Positions 40,378-54,751 of a stretch of 64,000 nt of DNA are shown here, piece after piece. Where the stretch lies: assembly GCF_022539665.2 (NCBI RefSeq), contig NC_081331.1, forward strand, positions 12,276,001-12,340,000. Reading direction: 5' to 3'. The translations under genes were made by a program, and so were the position numbers. The notes beneath the pieces are model-generated. The model was not told where the DNA came from. It did not search any database and was given only the letters and a program-made list of their open reading frames with translations. How positions within the stretch are numbered: position 1 is the stretch's first letter; each line of letters starts with the position of its first letter. Origin of the DNA: Daphnia carinata (taxonomy: Eukaryota).

Positions 40378-41312
40378 TTAATGTTTGACTCCCTCATATG
40401 CATGGTGAGTCTGATGAGCTGTAAATATTGTTAAAATTAAAATAGAAAAAAGCTTTAAGAATTACTGGTTGTCCTTACGCTTGTAAAAGACTGCCTGAAA
40501 CTCAATATTGGGGCATAGCTCTTGAATCTTCTGAACAATTTTGGCTTTGTCTGCTTTTGTGCTGTCCACATTCCAGACCTAATAAAATGCTAAGGATCAT
40601 CTAGACTGGAATTATTATTTTTTAATATACAAACCTGGACAATGTCATCCCTTTCTCTGACAGATACAGACACTCCACAGATGTCATCTTCAGGATCCAC
40701 AAAATTTGTGAACTGTTCTCCAATAGCTGCAAGTAGCAATTCTCTCCAGATAGTCACCTATTAACATAAAAAAATGAGGTGTGGTTAGGTTTTGTTTGGC
40801 TACGAGTAACAGTTACGGTGATTACTGTGTCTGGTTTGAAGCATTTTATCTTCCAAGTGCCACCATTACGGTTATAAGGCTCCTCCCACAGTGGACGTCT
40901 TTCCTCTCTCATCAGATGATAACTGTACCTCATCTGAATTTCTGCAACTGAAGGGATATTATGGTAAACAGACCAGAAGGTCTCTGCTTTAGAGAAAGTG
41001 TAAATTTTTTTCAAATTTGCTTCGTATTCTGCGGCAGAAACTCCGCGAACAGTTCTTTTCAGAAAAACAAAAGGGAAAATAACATTTAATAAACAAGAGA
41101 CATCAATTGCAGATGCTGCATGTGGGAAGGAGATTTCAATTTTACACATACTTATCTAGAAACCAACTCCATGGTGTATTAAGCGGTGTTCCACTACATT
41201 CCTGGTCATGGATAGTATTAATGGCTTGAGCTGACAGTGCAGGAGATTGAGACAAACCATCAGAATTATTTGCGGCATGTAGCAAATGAACATTAACTGG
41301 ATTCGATGCCAT
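40378..41312 (-). CDS. EIF4E3: Eukaryotic translation initiation factor 4E, class III
   Basis: [26 protein letters not shown]...[23 protein letters not shown]...NGGTWK; ends [12 protein letters not shown]. Confidence 0.93.
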
Positions 41313-41871
41313 TGTGGAATACGAATCAGCACAGCTGTCGTCTGCTGTTCTTAGATCTTGGCCTAGCAACGAAAAATCGTGAATACGTCCTGTTGATTCT
41401 AACGTTAGCCTTGCGTAAAAATTACGCTTGCTTATTCAAGGCGACCTAAATCCGCGGTCCTTGAACACAATTGGTTCTAAATTAGACGTTCTTTGTTTTT
41501 ACCCGCCACTGTTTTCCATGCGGGTGTAGATCAACACTTGGGCTTCCTCTCGTCGAGTTCAGTTCTGAAACAGCTTGTCAATTGCAGTTTACGCACCAAG
41601 AAGATAAACCGTGCCTGTTATGTCGACCTCAGAAAAATTATGGATTGAACTACGAAACGAGTCCCCATTAGAATTCGAATCAGCAGACCTCGTGTTATCG
41701 TGAGCCACTGTCGTGGTAACCTTATCGTACCATTTACGATAGTAATTCCCCAAGCTTAGTAATGCCATGTCTGTCTTTTCTTCAACCAATAAACTGGTAT
41801 GATATCCCGACATATCACCTGCTACAATTCTCACAGTTTTTCTTTGAAGTGGCTGAAAATAGTGGCAAAAA

Positions 41872-44800
41872 ATGGCAAAATGGAGTGATCCTACACGTTA
41901 CGCCTACGCTTCTTTGTTTGCATTGAGTTTAAACGAACGTTACAGCGAATCGTGTGATCTAGAATTTCGGCAACAATCCTTGCATCGTTTGCTCCAGCAT
42001 CTCAATCTTATGCGGGTAATATAAATATTCTCGTCTTCATTTTGTTTAGATATCATTTTTAAAACCTCCCATCTGGCGGCCAATAATAATAACTCTCGAT
42101 TCATAATTCGGAAAAAAAGTGCGAATCTATGATGCAATTGCTGATGGAAAATGAGACGGGCCACACGAAGGATCCTTACGTGGAAATGTTGCTGGACGAA
42201 CCCGATTTCCATCGCGATGGAACTCGCGTGGTTTACGACGCTTTACAGTGGACTTTAATGAGAGGTATAGAATAATACGAGCTCATTCGTTTATCTTTAC
42301 ACGTATTTTAAAGGGTTTTTAAAATTAAACAATTTTATGACATGCACACATAGGGAAGTATGACGCCCGTATCAGAGTGATCCTTCACGATTGGGCGACT
42401 GAGCTGTTTGGATTAAGCGTCGAGCACTTTGAAATGTTGGAAGACGCCATCGTTCAGAGAGTTAGTAACTTCTCTCCCGGCTCTAAATCTCCGCAGTAAG
42501 TTAAGTGCCTCCTATAAAAAACAAAAAACATAACTTTACATTATGCTCATTACGGCTGTTTCTTTAAATTTTAAACAAAACAAAAACAGGGAGGAAAATG
42601 AGCAAAAAAAGCAAGCGAAAATGAAACAAGCCAAAAAGTACGCTCTCATTGGCGCAGCTTCCGTTGGCGGAGGCGTCCTGCTCGGTCTGACGGGCGGCTT
42701 AGTAGCCCCACTTCTTGGCGCAAGTTTGGCAACTCTCTTTGGTATTGGCTGAAAACGTTTTTGTTTAACTTTAATTTGGTAAAAGACGCGCAGAGAAGCA
42801 ACCAAGTGACGCTCTAAACACGATGAATCGACTAACCAACTTTGCTTCTTTTATGTTTTTAAAATTGGCTCTGGAAGAAGTTCTATCATTTAATTAATGA
42901 ACTTATTAGGTGTGGGTAGTGCAGCAACGGCTGGCAGCGTTGCCGGAGCAGCCGTCGTCGGCTCACTTTTCGGCGCCGCCGGAGCTGGCGTCTCGGGCTA
43001 CAAGATGAACAAGCGAGTGGGTGACGTTGAAGAGTTTTTTTTCGCTCCTCTTTCACCTGGAGAAGGCTCCCGATTGAATGTTACAATCGCCGTTCCTGGT
43101 TGGCTTCCACCAATCACTAGTCGAGGAAGTAACGACGAAGACGGCGAAAAGGGCGACGTCACTGACGACGAAAATAGCGACACGGATGAAGACGAAGCCA
43201 TTCAGCGACAGCGTCTGATGCAACCCTTTGATGGCTTGATTCATTCCAGGGAGCAGTACGGACTGCAGTACGAAACCAAGTATCTGGCAGAAATGGGCCA
43301 AGCAATCGATACCATCTGTAGTATGGCCATTTCGATGGCAGCAACTGAAGTATTAAAAATGACCATCTTTCACGGTATACCATTTCACTTCATTTCTTTT
43401 TAAAGTTTAATTTTGACTTTCTTTTTTGTCCAGGTTTGATCTCGGCAGTGGCTCTTCCCCGCACAGTAAGTTTACTATAATATGTAAAAAAAGAAATATA
43501 TATTTTATCTTTAGGTCATTCCATCTTTTTTATGGATTTGCTTTGGAAACAATAAAAGATCCTTAGTCTGACGTCCATCATCGACAACCCGTGGAACGTT
43601 TGCTGTAACCGGAGCGCTCAGGTTTTTTCCTTTTGTTTATTACGAAACAAGTCTCTCGTTGCCCATCTTTTTTTCTTTCTGCGTTTCGAATTCCCGACTG
43701 CTGCTACCAATGTTTTCTAGGTAAGACGAGCCTTTCATTGCGCACTGGAGTCCGCAACTCTCGATCGATCCCCTTTTTCTTTCACACGCGTGTTGTATAT
43801 ATAAGCTCACGCTCTAAACTTTCCCATTCTTTTATTTCTTTAAAGAGAGAAAAAACAAAAAAGATCTTGATAGTCTATCCGCTTTAATTTTGAAGATCGT
43901 GACTGGTTGTTAGTCGTATTTTCGGAAGGATCGTAGAAAAAAAACAGGAGTGATAACAAAAAAATTCTAAAAATCGCACCCGTTCGTTCCGTTTTCACGT
44001 AAAACTTAATGAGGAAACGCAAGAAGAGAGTGGTTTTGTTATCCGGTTGTATATCTACGGCACGATTCGCTGGGATCTGTTCCAAACTTTTTTTTTTCTG
44101 TCTCTTTCTGTTTTTTTTTATAGTTGGTGACACATTGCGCAAAAATGGAACTTGACGCGTGCCATGATGCCATGCATTCGGAAGTAAAAGAGAGAAAGAA
44201 AAATAGAAACCTTGGAAACAAGGAGAGGAAGGCGGCAACTGTTTTTTGTGCGTCTTCGTTCAGAAATGTATCGGAAATGTCATTTGTTTTTTGTGGTGTC
44301 TAAGAAGAGACGCAGGAACTTGATTGAAATTCGGCAGACTACTAATTATTTTATGTTTATGCGCCTCATTTACTGCATACTTCTAAAACAGTGCTTGTCT
44401 AATTACATAGCGAAGAGTTAAACAAATTTTGATTTTCACAAACTTTAATGAGTATAAAAATATATAGTTTTTTTTCATTTGTTTCAGGTAGGAGAAATGT
44501 TAGCGGAGTCGCTGATGGATGGCAATTTCGGACGTCGACCCGTCACTCTTTGCGGATTCAGCCTTGGTGCTCGTGTAATTTATTTCTGCCTCAAAGTAAT
44601 GAGAATTTATTTTTTTCCCTTCGCCCAAACGCTATTTTATCTCTCTTGTCTGTTTCATTGTCCTTTTTTGTTGTTGTTTCACATCGATCCGACGTGAGTT
44701 TGCCGCCCTTGTCATTCAATTGCCGCACAACCGTACCCTTTCCCGCTTCCTTACACCCGTTTTTAGCCCTTACCTGCCATTTATCTTTTCATTTTTTATT

Positions 44801-45747
44801 TGAAGCGAGTTTTCTTAACAATTATCAAAATATTTCCTGTTTAGGAATTGCAACGAAAAGGTGAGAAAGGTCGAGGGATCGTCCAGGACGCCGTTCTTAT
44901 AGGTAAACCAGCTGACTAAATTTCATTGCCTAAGTTACACGTTTAATGAGCTTACGATCGTCAATTTTAGGGACCCCTGTCACGGGAAGCCCAGTTGAAT
45001 GGCGCCCTTTATTAGAGGTCGTCGCAGGCCATCTAGTCAACGCTTATTCTGAGTAAAATAATAACAATGTTATCAAATGCATACTAATTTTTAAAACATC
45101 AATCTCTATCACGTTTCAGAAATGATTGGGTGTTGAAAATTATTTACCGAACGGCATCGGCGGCTTACGATGTGGCAGGACTCCAGGCCATTGATATTGA
45201 ACATAAAAAACTCGTCAATGTCGACCTTTCTCAACTGATAAGTGGTAGGTGTATTACGTTTACTACTATTTGTACGGGATTATATACGACCGTTCAACAT
45301 GTCGTGATTCTTGTGTAAACAGGTCACGGTGACTATAGGACCAAAGCTACCGAATGCCTTAAAGCTACGCGATTGTTACGTGTTGTTGCAATAACACCGG
45401 AAACCGTCCAGGTAATTGTTTTTCAGCCCATACTGTTTGTGTATCCTTTGCTTTGTTATTGGAAGAAAGGCTTTGGCAAATGCCAGGGGTTTGTTAAATT
45501 GGGCCAGTAGCAAAAATCTGCTCAAATGCATTAAGGTTGAACATATTTCATTGTTGCGTACGACGTGCAGTAGAGAATGAGAATATCGATCTGATGCGCA
45601 TTTTTTTTTTCTTGACGGAATCGATAGGATCCAGCGGAAATGTCGGACAGCAGCGAAGATGACGAAAAAGATCGACTCATTCCGGGGTCATCGTCAGCAG
45701 TTGATCATCCAATGCGATCGAGTTTGAAAGAATCGAAAAAAATATGA
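41872..45747 (+). CDS. TMCO4: Transmembrane and coiled-coil domain protein 4 (DUF726, alpha/beta-hydrolase-like), many exons
   Basis: IGAASVGGGVLLGLTGGLVAPL, SLFGAAGAGVSGYKMNKRVGDVEEFFF, IDNPW, RPVTLCGFSLGARVI, VVAGHLVNAYS.NDWVL. Confidence 0.9.
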
Positions 45748-48700
45748 GCGTTATATTTTATTTTTTTTCCCTCGCTCGTGTAGATGATGTGATTCAGTAT
45801 GACATGCAGCATATCATTTCGACCTTTGTATACGTAAATAATTGAAACATGTCGATATGCCATGGCATACGTCCATACAATATTGCCAGTCACATGTACA
45901 ACCGCGATATTCGTGGACCATACGATGTGTGTGTAGACCAAGGATCGATAAGTCAATAAAAAGGCGATATTAAAAAAAAAAGAAAAACATTTGAAAAATA
46001 TTTGCGCATGTTTGAAACGCTGTTTTGAATTCAACTGTTGTTCATACATACGCGTTGTCTATCCGATATAACCTGCTGGCTTTTTTGAGGGGGAGGGCTT
46101 GGGATTTACATATAATTTCTATGCACTGTTTGCTTAGAAAAAGGAAACAAGTCACATATTTAAATAGATCGGCCGCATACAAAAAGGGAAGTTTACGTTG
46201 TATAATATTGTGACAGTCATATGGTGCTTCACGAATTTAATGAAAAAAAAGATCCGTTTGATTTGCTGGTAATAGTTAAGCATTCCTATGAGGCATCTGC
46301 TTTAGCCTACAGCAATATCTCCTCGGTCGGGGACGCTATAATAGTCTATGGTGAAACGTGATAGACTGTGTGGTTCAATCAATCAATAATCTTGTGCAAT
46401 AAGAAGGGGGAACTGTGCTGAGGCATCTTCTTCATATGCATAACAGCGTGGAATGCCAATATATGGATGCTGATCGGGCCGAAAAAGGGGTCGTGCACGG
46501 CAATGAAGAGGAAAAAGAGAGTCTTTTAATTCGTCCTCTTTTTATTGCTGCGCATTCTTTTGCGTTTGTGTTGTCTCTCTGGCAAGATAGAAGATTATGT
46601 GTAAGTATAAACAAGTTATGTGTTCTGTGGTAGATAAATGGATTGATCGATGGGCAACCTTGATGATTACATACGCAGCAGCATTCGCCCGTAGTTTTTG
46701 CCTCTCTAACCGCAATCGCACACGTAAATCGAATTTCCCCCCTTTTTTTTTAAATAATGCACAAGCCTGTCTAACATCTTCGTTTCGATTAGAGAAGAAA
46801 AGAACCGGCCACGCCTTTTTTTTTTTATTCTTTTGGACTCTAGATTGCGCCCTCTTTATTTGATCGATTTATACACACACACGCACGCACACGCAGCACC
46901 TAGCAACGAACAGACGGAAGGAGGAGGGCGTAACGGATAGAACTAAACCGGGGAGAAAAGTCAGCTGATTTGTCTAGAAAGAAAAAACTGCGCACTAGAA
47001 AAATGAAACGAGAACGGGTTGCTCTTTAAGTTCCAAATTTAATTTCTAAAGTAGATGACACAAAATAAGAAAAACAATGGCGGATTATAACGTATTAGAA
47101 ATAATACGTCATTAAGCGACAAGATGTCAGGCTGGATGAATATGATGACGTAAGCCAATCTTAAATTTGTTTGACTCCACCCTCCTAATTTTGGAATGAA
47201 TCCTCATTCCATAATTCTACACCCATATAAGAAACGCTACTAAACAATTGACAAAAGAATCCATCCGAAATGTTCCAATGCGCTTAACTTCTTCATTCTT
47301 AATGACATCAATCAAATAACGTATTCAACAAAGACTTGATACAGCAATTGAATGATGCGCAGCACGCAAGAGTCAATTGATTGATGCAATTCTTTTTTTT
47401 TTTCGCCTGTGTGTACGTGTGTCAAGAGCCAGAAATCCAAACTGATCGAGGATGTCTACCACTAAAGACTAAATAGAGAGACGCACAAACCGTCAGTACG
47501 TACACCAAACATCAGAATAATAATTTTGCACAGTGTACAGTTTTATACAGAGGAAAAAGAAACGGGACGTGGCGCCAGGAACACGAGAGCAGCATTAAAT
47601 TAAATGAGATTGAAAAGGAAAGTATATATAAAAGCCAATTTTTGAAATTCAATGCTTAAAAGGAGAGAGGAAAAAAAAAAGTATTGTTTTAAAAAGCTTT
47701 CCTCCACCATCTGTATAGACATAGTGGTGTATTGCAGCACTTTACTGGCATCCAATATATTTTAGCCTTCTCAGCTGATGTCTGTATATAATTGGATTGG
47801 ACCTGTCTTTCCAACGGAAGACCCTTTTCCAACGAACAGAGTTCCCTCCGGTATAATATATGGCCGATGCACACAAAAATTAATGAAACGAAATGAGAGT
47901 GCATCTTACATACGGTCAATATTGTGAAGAAAGAAAATAAGCATCATTAACCTAGAAAAAAACTACATTATTGGTTAAAGAACGTCAAACGCTGATCATT
48001 CAAAATAGATATTGGTAGTCGGGGCTAGTTCTTTGGCAGGTCAGATTTTCGATAGAATGAAGACGAAATCTCTTCCGTGTGTTCCATCTGAAAGCTACTC
48101 AAATTGTCAACGATGACTCTAGTATCATGCTCGGCATTGACGGGAACCTATCCAAGATGATGGAAATGTTGAGCCTCTCCTAGAAATAAAAAGCCTTCCC
48201 CTTCTAAAAAAAAAAAGAGGTAGGCTACTTGCCTAATGCAGTAGGCTACATCGTACAATTTGTCGTTGTTGAGATCCTTTTTATGCAGCACAAGCATTTG
48301 GCACTTGATTGCTAAATATTCTCATTTGAATAGAATGCTATCAATATTGCAAAGAGAATAATCGGAACCAAGTTTGTTTAATATTTATAGAGTGGTATAT
48401 ATAAAACAGGAAAGCTTAACTTTGTAAATTTTGTGTCTATGTTCTATGTTTAGTTTCTGTGCTTCCTGTAGTACTTTGCGCATACATTTATTTTACATTT
48501 GATGGTGGGGGTTTTCCGGAAGGAGGAGATGTCACAGTAGAATGAAAGACGTGGTATATATATCTAACAGGGCAGCGGTTGCCCCAAATGGATCGATACG
48601 CCCAGGCATCCGCAGGCCAACTGAATGGACAGAGTGGCAATCATTTTGTTTTTATTTGCAGCACATACTCAGTTTTTCCAGGAAACGTCAAAGAGTTTTG

Positions 48701-50384
48701 TAGACATAGAAAAAAACCAGTACCCCATTAAAAGAACAGCAAACAAGGCACTTACGAACGCATATCAATGATTACAAAGGGGGCGTTGATAAAAAAAGGA
48801 CAATATAAATCATGAAAACAATTGAAAATGACCCGTTAATCGGGATGTCTCTAGCCTGTACGCTGCAATGATAATTTTAATGCTACACAGCTGCAAGGAT
48901 TATTTAATTTAATTACTTACGTCAAACGATCAACTAATGGGGCGAAGTACCTAGTGAAAAAAAAATCTGTAAAATAGACTTTGATAATGAGGTGGTAAAC
49001 TAATTTTTTGACCGTGCACATTACCGTTTGTCTTCAGTTAGTTTCTCTGTTCATTACGCATCGTGTAATTAAAAGTACAAACAAAGAGTTTTAGAGCTGT
49101 TGGCATCGTAACGAGATACCCTGGCAGTCATTTTCATTGATCGAATCATTCAACGGAAAACGGTGCTTTCCGTCAAATGCTGCTTTCTTGTCCTGAAGCT
49201 CAAAGCAGTTAAATAACGCAGCTACACATAACGTCAGCTTAGACACAACAGAACGAGTAGTGCGTAATGATCTGCTGGAGGTCTACGGGATGACATCGAT
49301 TGGACATATTATACCAAAGCTTCCCTGCAGGAAATAACGAACGAAAGTTCAATTTGCACAAATAGATTCCGTCCTTGTTTTGTATGTAGTCTCTGATCAA
49401 TCAATCAAAAACGAACAGAAGGAAGTGCGTTAAGTCACAAGTTGATAAAGTTAATTACTAATATATTAGAAAGCTTATACAAATGGTACATGTGTATGTG
49501 ATTTTGCGTTAGTGATATAAGGATGAAAAGGAAATCGGATATTCGTTTTGAATCCGTATTTGATATATTTAGAGTTGATCATAAAACTTGAGGAGAGGAA
49601 GATTAGACGGGAATGAAAGAATTCAATGAAAATGAATAAAAAAATGAAAACGGTGAATAATAATTGGTGACGCGTAAATACGTATTCATGCACAGATGTT
49701 AAGGAAAGAAAAACGAATATATTTAATGAAAAGAGTGAGAATTAAAAATGGATGTACAATTATATGAAGAGACACACACCTGACCAGGTATATATAATCG
49801 TCATTTTTGTTTGCCTGCACCTCTCTGTGAATTACTTAGGGGAGTATTTTTTCTTATTTTTTAAAATAAGGAAGTGGAAGTAAACAAATAATTTAACAAT
49901 TTAAATGATACATAACCGCACAGCAGCATTGATTATAATAAGTGTGTTGGAATCGTTTCATCGAGCCCCGACATCGATTACATTATACATATCCGTTTCG
50001 AGTGTGTTTCACATCACAATACAAACGCTTCGAATTTCGAATCCTATACATTTACACGACGAATGCAAAGTGGAAAAGCTAATGAACTTGTACAGTATTT
50101 GAACAATGAAGGAAACACTGAGCCTCTTGTTTTTGTTTTGTTTTAACCATCCTACTATAGCAGTCTCTATACATGTGTCCCAAATGCTGATATATCTCCT
50201 GTGATTCATATGGCTTATATTAGTATTCCCTATTCAAATGTAAATAGAAATGAACTAATATTCGAAAATCAAGCCGATTACATTAGCGCAATTCGAACGA
50301 CGGTTGGCAAAGTCCGTTAAAAAGGAAACATTTTGTTGTTTTTTTTTGAAAAATTCTATGTACAATTAGACATTTATTATAGCC

Positions 50385-50403
50385 TATATATATATATATA
50401 TAT
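50385..50403. repeat. (TA)n microsatellite
   Basis: About nine perfect TA units; a shorter run lies near 50739-50752. Confidence 0.8.
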
Positions 50404-50778
50404 CAATAAAATAATAATTGTCTATTGAGATATCTTTATATAAAATCAGCCGAGTAAAACAAAAATATATGGTATAATATGTTTTAACTACGTTGCTGAC
50501 GCGCCCAGAGTGTTACATAAAGTATCTACAGAAATTTGTAGTTTTTTTGTTTGAAAAAAATTAAATGTTAAACAAAAATTTAGTGTCGATGATGACATGA
50601 AACACTTAAAATGGCTTCGTCAGTGTACATAAAGATAAATAGCTTTTGAAGCGGTGCATGTACATTTTCCTTTAGTATATATAGAGCTATAGATGCTGGG
50701 GTTAACTATCCAAACTACTTCGATGTACATAGCCAGCTTATATATATATATATCTATATTTATTTAATTAAAAATAAT

Positions 50779-53700
50779 TCACATTAGACGACATTTGTCC
50801 TTGAGTTTCTCCGACGACGGTCCTGCGCCAGATGTTCCCGGAGGAGCTGATGCGGAACGACTGGCCTTGTTCTTAGAATCCGGCTGAAGTGACATGGCTC
50901 TATTCTTATCCAGACTCAACAGCTCCTTTTGGAGGGGAAAAAATAATAAAAAGTCGTACAAGGTTAAAAGCAACAACATTCATTGTATCGACTTCGCAAG
51001 GGCGGATATCAAGGCAAGAGGAAAACAAAACACATTAGACGAGAATTGTCTTTTTGATCTCGTGTAACTGGAAGTATAACATGCATAGACAGATCTATAA
51101 CCCACAAAGAGCTTTCGAACATACCTGGAAGAGTTCCTTCACATTGTAATTGGTCTTGGCCGAAGTTTCCATAAAGTGGGATGACCACCGGCGTGCCTGC
51201 TCTTCGCCTTCCTTTGCCGTCAGTTCACGCGCCTCCGTTTCGTCGCATTTGTTGCCAACGAGCATCAGAGGCACGTTCTCTAATGAGCCCTTAACAATTG
51301 ACAGGACAGCCAAAAATGTTATAGTTATTTTCTAAAAACTTCTCCATTTCAAGAACTTAAAGATGATTAAAGCAAAATAGTAGGGAATCGCTTTAACGAT
51401 AGCGGAACAAGAAAAAAGTTAAAGGCAATTGTTGCCAAGGCCTACGTTTTATTTCACCTAAAACAAATGCAGAAAAAATAAAAATAATACTTTGATTTCG
51501 CGGATGATTTCCCACGTGGGCTTGAGCTCCTCCAGAGACTGCCTCGACGTGATCGAGTAGACCATGATGAAGGCGTGACCTTTGGAGATGTTCAACCGCT
51601 GCATGGCCGGAAACTGGTGAGAGCCCGTCGTGTCGGTGATCTGAAGCGTGCAGATAGAGTTCTTGTTGCACGTTATCACCTGGACGCCGACGTGATATTT
51701 ACGAGATAAAAAAAAGAAAGAAAGAAATGAATGAGACACATCATTCGTATATGAAAAGAACCTCAGATTAAATGAGGAGTAGCAACGCAGAATAATAAGT
51801 AGATACCCATCAAAATGTGTGTCGCGTCGAGTACGCGAAGAGAAAATACCATTAGTTTAAGGTACAGAGTTTAAGCTTTGTATTTAAAAGATAGGGCAGC
51901 ACTCTATGTAGTCTTTCATCTATGTAATAACAGGTATTTAAACTGGAGTAGTTTTAGTATGCACACGCTCACTGCATCGTGTTTGGCGTGCAAAAAGTGC
52001 TGCCGTGATCGTTTCACCGTGATTAAACGCAGTCGGACGATCACATTTTGAAAAACATTAAGTCATAAATTGAGTCTAACGTTTGAGTGCTGGACTAGAG
52101 CGGCGTAAATCTGTAGAGCACATGCAAGTTAGGTTAAATCATAATTAATACCACCGGATCTTTAGATTCCTTTTTTATGATATCCGCTGTATGCCCTTAC
52201 GCTGAACTATAGCGTATATAATTAAACGCCTAATCATCTCGTCTTATTAATCGGCCTATGATGTACAGTCAACTGCCGTTCATTTATTCTGGACCTACAA
52301 CGTTTAATAATTTCTTTTCGTCGGTCTGATGCGTTCTAGACGTACAAAAGGAAGGAAATCATTTAGCGCTGCTGCCTTTCAAATAATTGATCTCTTGGAA
52401 AAGACGCTTCACAACGCCCACGCAACGAAATGTTGTCTGCCTTGATTGCTGCAAACTAATTCATTCGCCATGTTTATGAATAATATAGGTTTGATACCCA
52501 AATAAGAAATGCTTGGTCAAAGTTGTGTATATTGCATATAGAAATGTCTGGCTCATCTGAACTGGTGCACACAAACGACAGACGAGTAGGAGTAATGCGG
52601 ATGAAACCAATATTCGAATCGTCCGCCTATAGCTACGTATCCATAAGGCATACAAATCAATGATTTGTATTACATTTTTCTTTAAATCTATTTAACATAG
52701 TGCTATAGGTTACGTTCAAACATATCACATCCCTAAACCTATGCATGCACGAAGTTTTATTTTTTCCACCTCTCTCTGAAAAACGGGGAAACAATAAAGC
52801 TATAACTTATATTAATAGTCATCTAAAACAGCTCATTTATGAAATAAAATAAAAATAACGCCAACAGGAAATATCTACATTAAAAGAAGCCGCTCTTCCT
52901 ATATAGGCAGCAGCCTCCAATAGAAATGAAACCTTTTCAAAGCCTAACTATCAACGTTTAAAAAGAACGTATGTGTGAATAGAATCTTTTGTTGGCCTTT
53001 CCAACAAGGCAGAAATTCAATACATAAAAGAATGAAAATTAAGGGGAAAAAAAGGGCTTGATTTCTTTCAATCAATTAGCAGCAAACGTGTGACGTCAGT
53101 TGTTTGGCCCATTTCTCTACATCCAAAATTAAGAAGATTTCAAACATGTTACAAAGCTGCGTCAAGTTTGCAATCCAAAGTTATACAGACACGCTCTGGT
53201 CGATATACGTAGGGGTCTCCATATGTTATTAATTGACAAGTATACGCGTTCGCATGTCTGTACATCGTGAATGAACAAAAGGGTAAGAGAAACTAGGCGC
53301 TCGATCGATTTCCTAAAAAACGGAAGCAGTACATGTACAAAGCATTCAGACGCAATGCATATGACTTACGTATGTAATCAATTGGACGCTATTGGGGATG
53401 ACATCCAGTGGCCCTTATCTTTTTTCATTGAAATACACTTGCAGATGAAGAGGTTATTTAACAAAAAAACATTGAGATAGGGTTTTTAAGTTGGCCGTTG
53501 GCGCATCAGTAAAAAAAAAAATGGCATCATTTTTGCAATTTTATAGCTAAACGAAGGAAACCTATCAATAGAATATATATTTATTTTAAAGTTCAGACGT
53601 GATTGTCCGCGTATTTACGTACAACAAACGTACCATTGCGTTTATAAAGTTTGTTATACATTACACGAATTGCACTAATTGCTGTTCTCCTACATCCGTG

Positions 53701-54751
53701 GCGTAGGCTGACACGCCTTAAAAGGAAATCCGAATTTAAATTGCCATGGCAACCATTCATGACGTAGCAAAAGAAATGTCATATACTATTACGCACACAG
53801 AATCCGTATGTTTCAGGATTAGGTATACTTTCTAAGCCGAGGAAAAAAAATGTATGGAACAAAAAAAAAGAAGCTCAGAATAACGCGTCGGCGCAAAGTG
53901 TTTTCTGGTGTAAGGACCCAATCTCGTTTTGCACACAGCTCGCGTATAGGCACATAAAAAAGAAAATTCAGCTCTCTTATTAAACATGGCGAATATTCCC
54001 ATTTTTCGGGGGGATCGAATATTTACTTCACGTCTGCGTTTATACCATTGGAAGCTATATCAAACATTAGATGACGTCATTGCCAACGAGCAGGATTCAA
54101 ACATACGGACACATCACCACACACAGACACATATACGTTTAAGACTCTTTGTCTTATACTCTTGTTCTCATGAGGATCGTCCTCAACGTTCGATTTTTCC
54201 TTGTGCTCTTTGGTCTCATCAGCACATAGCCCTTGTAGAAAGCTTCGTTCAAAATATTTAAAAAAAGAGCGAAGGCAAGTGGTGCTGCGTAGACGCCCTC
54301 TGGGGTGTGTATCCAGCGGATCAATACCATCCGCAAAGCGTGCGTACACATAGTGAGAGATCAGCCACGCTCTCTACGTGCTGGGCGTGTTGCCTTTCCA
54401 TTCATTTCCAGCAAAAGCCCTCCCTTCCTTTTTCTTGTTAATTCTCTTGTTCGTCTGTTATATAAACTGTTCTAGTTTATTTCTATTCTTAAAAATAAGA
54501 CTCCTCGTCTCCTTGCCGCGAATGAATTAAAATTGTGTTTTGATAAACTAAGAGGATTTACGTGTCATGCGAGACTTGTTATGGATATTTGAATAATAAT
54601 TTTTTCTTTTTACTTGACGGTATGTGTCTTCTACGGTAGGGATATAAGATTCGCGGAAGGTGCCCTTAACGAAGCGGAGTACAAGCGATGATTTGCCAAC
54701 TCCGCCGGCACCGAAGACCACCACCCGATAATCGTTGCTCTGTTCCGGCAT
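50779..54751 (-). CDS. DIRAS2: GTP-binding protein Di-Ras (Ras family), 4 coding exons
   Basis: [74 protein letters not shown] box CRLM*. Vertebrate DIRAS1 and DIRAS2 cannot be distinguished here. Confidence 0.95.
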
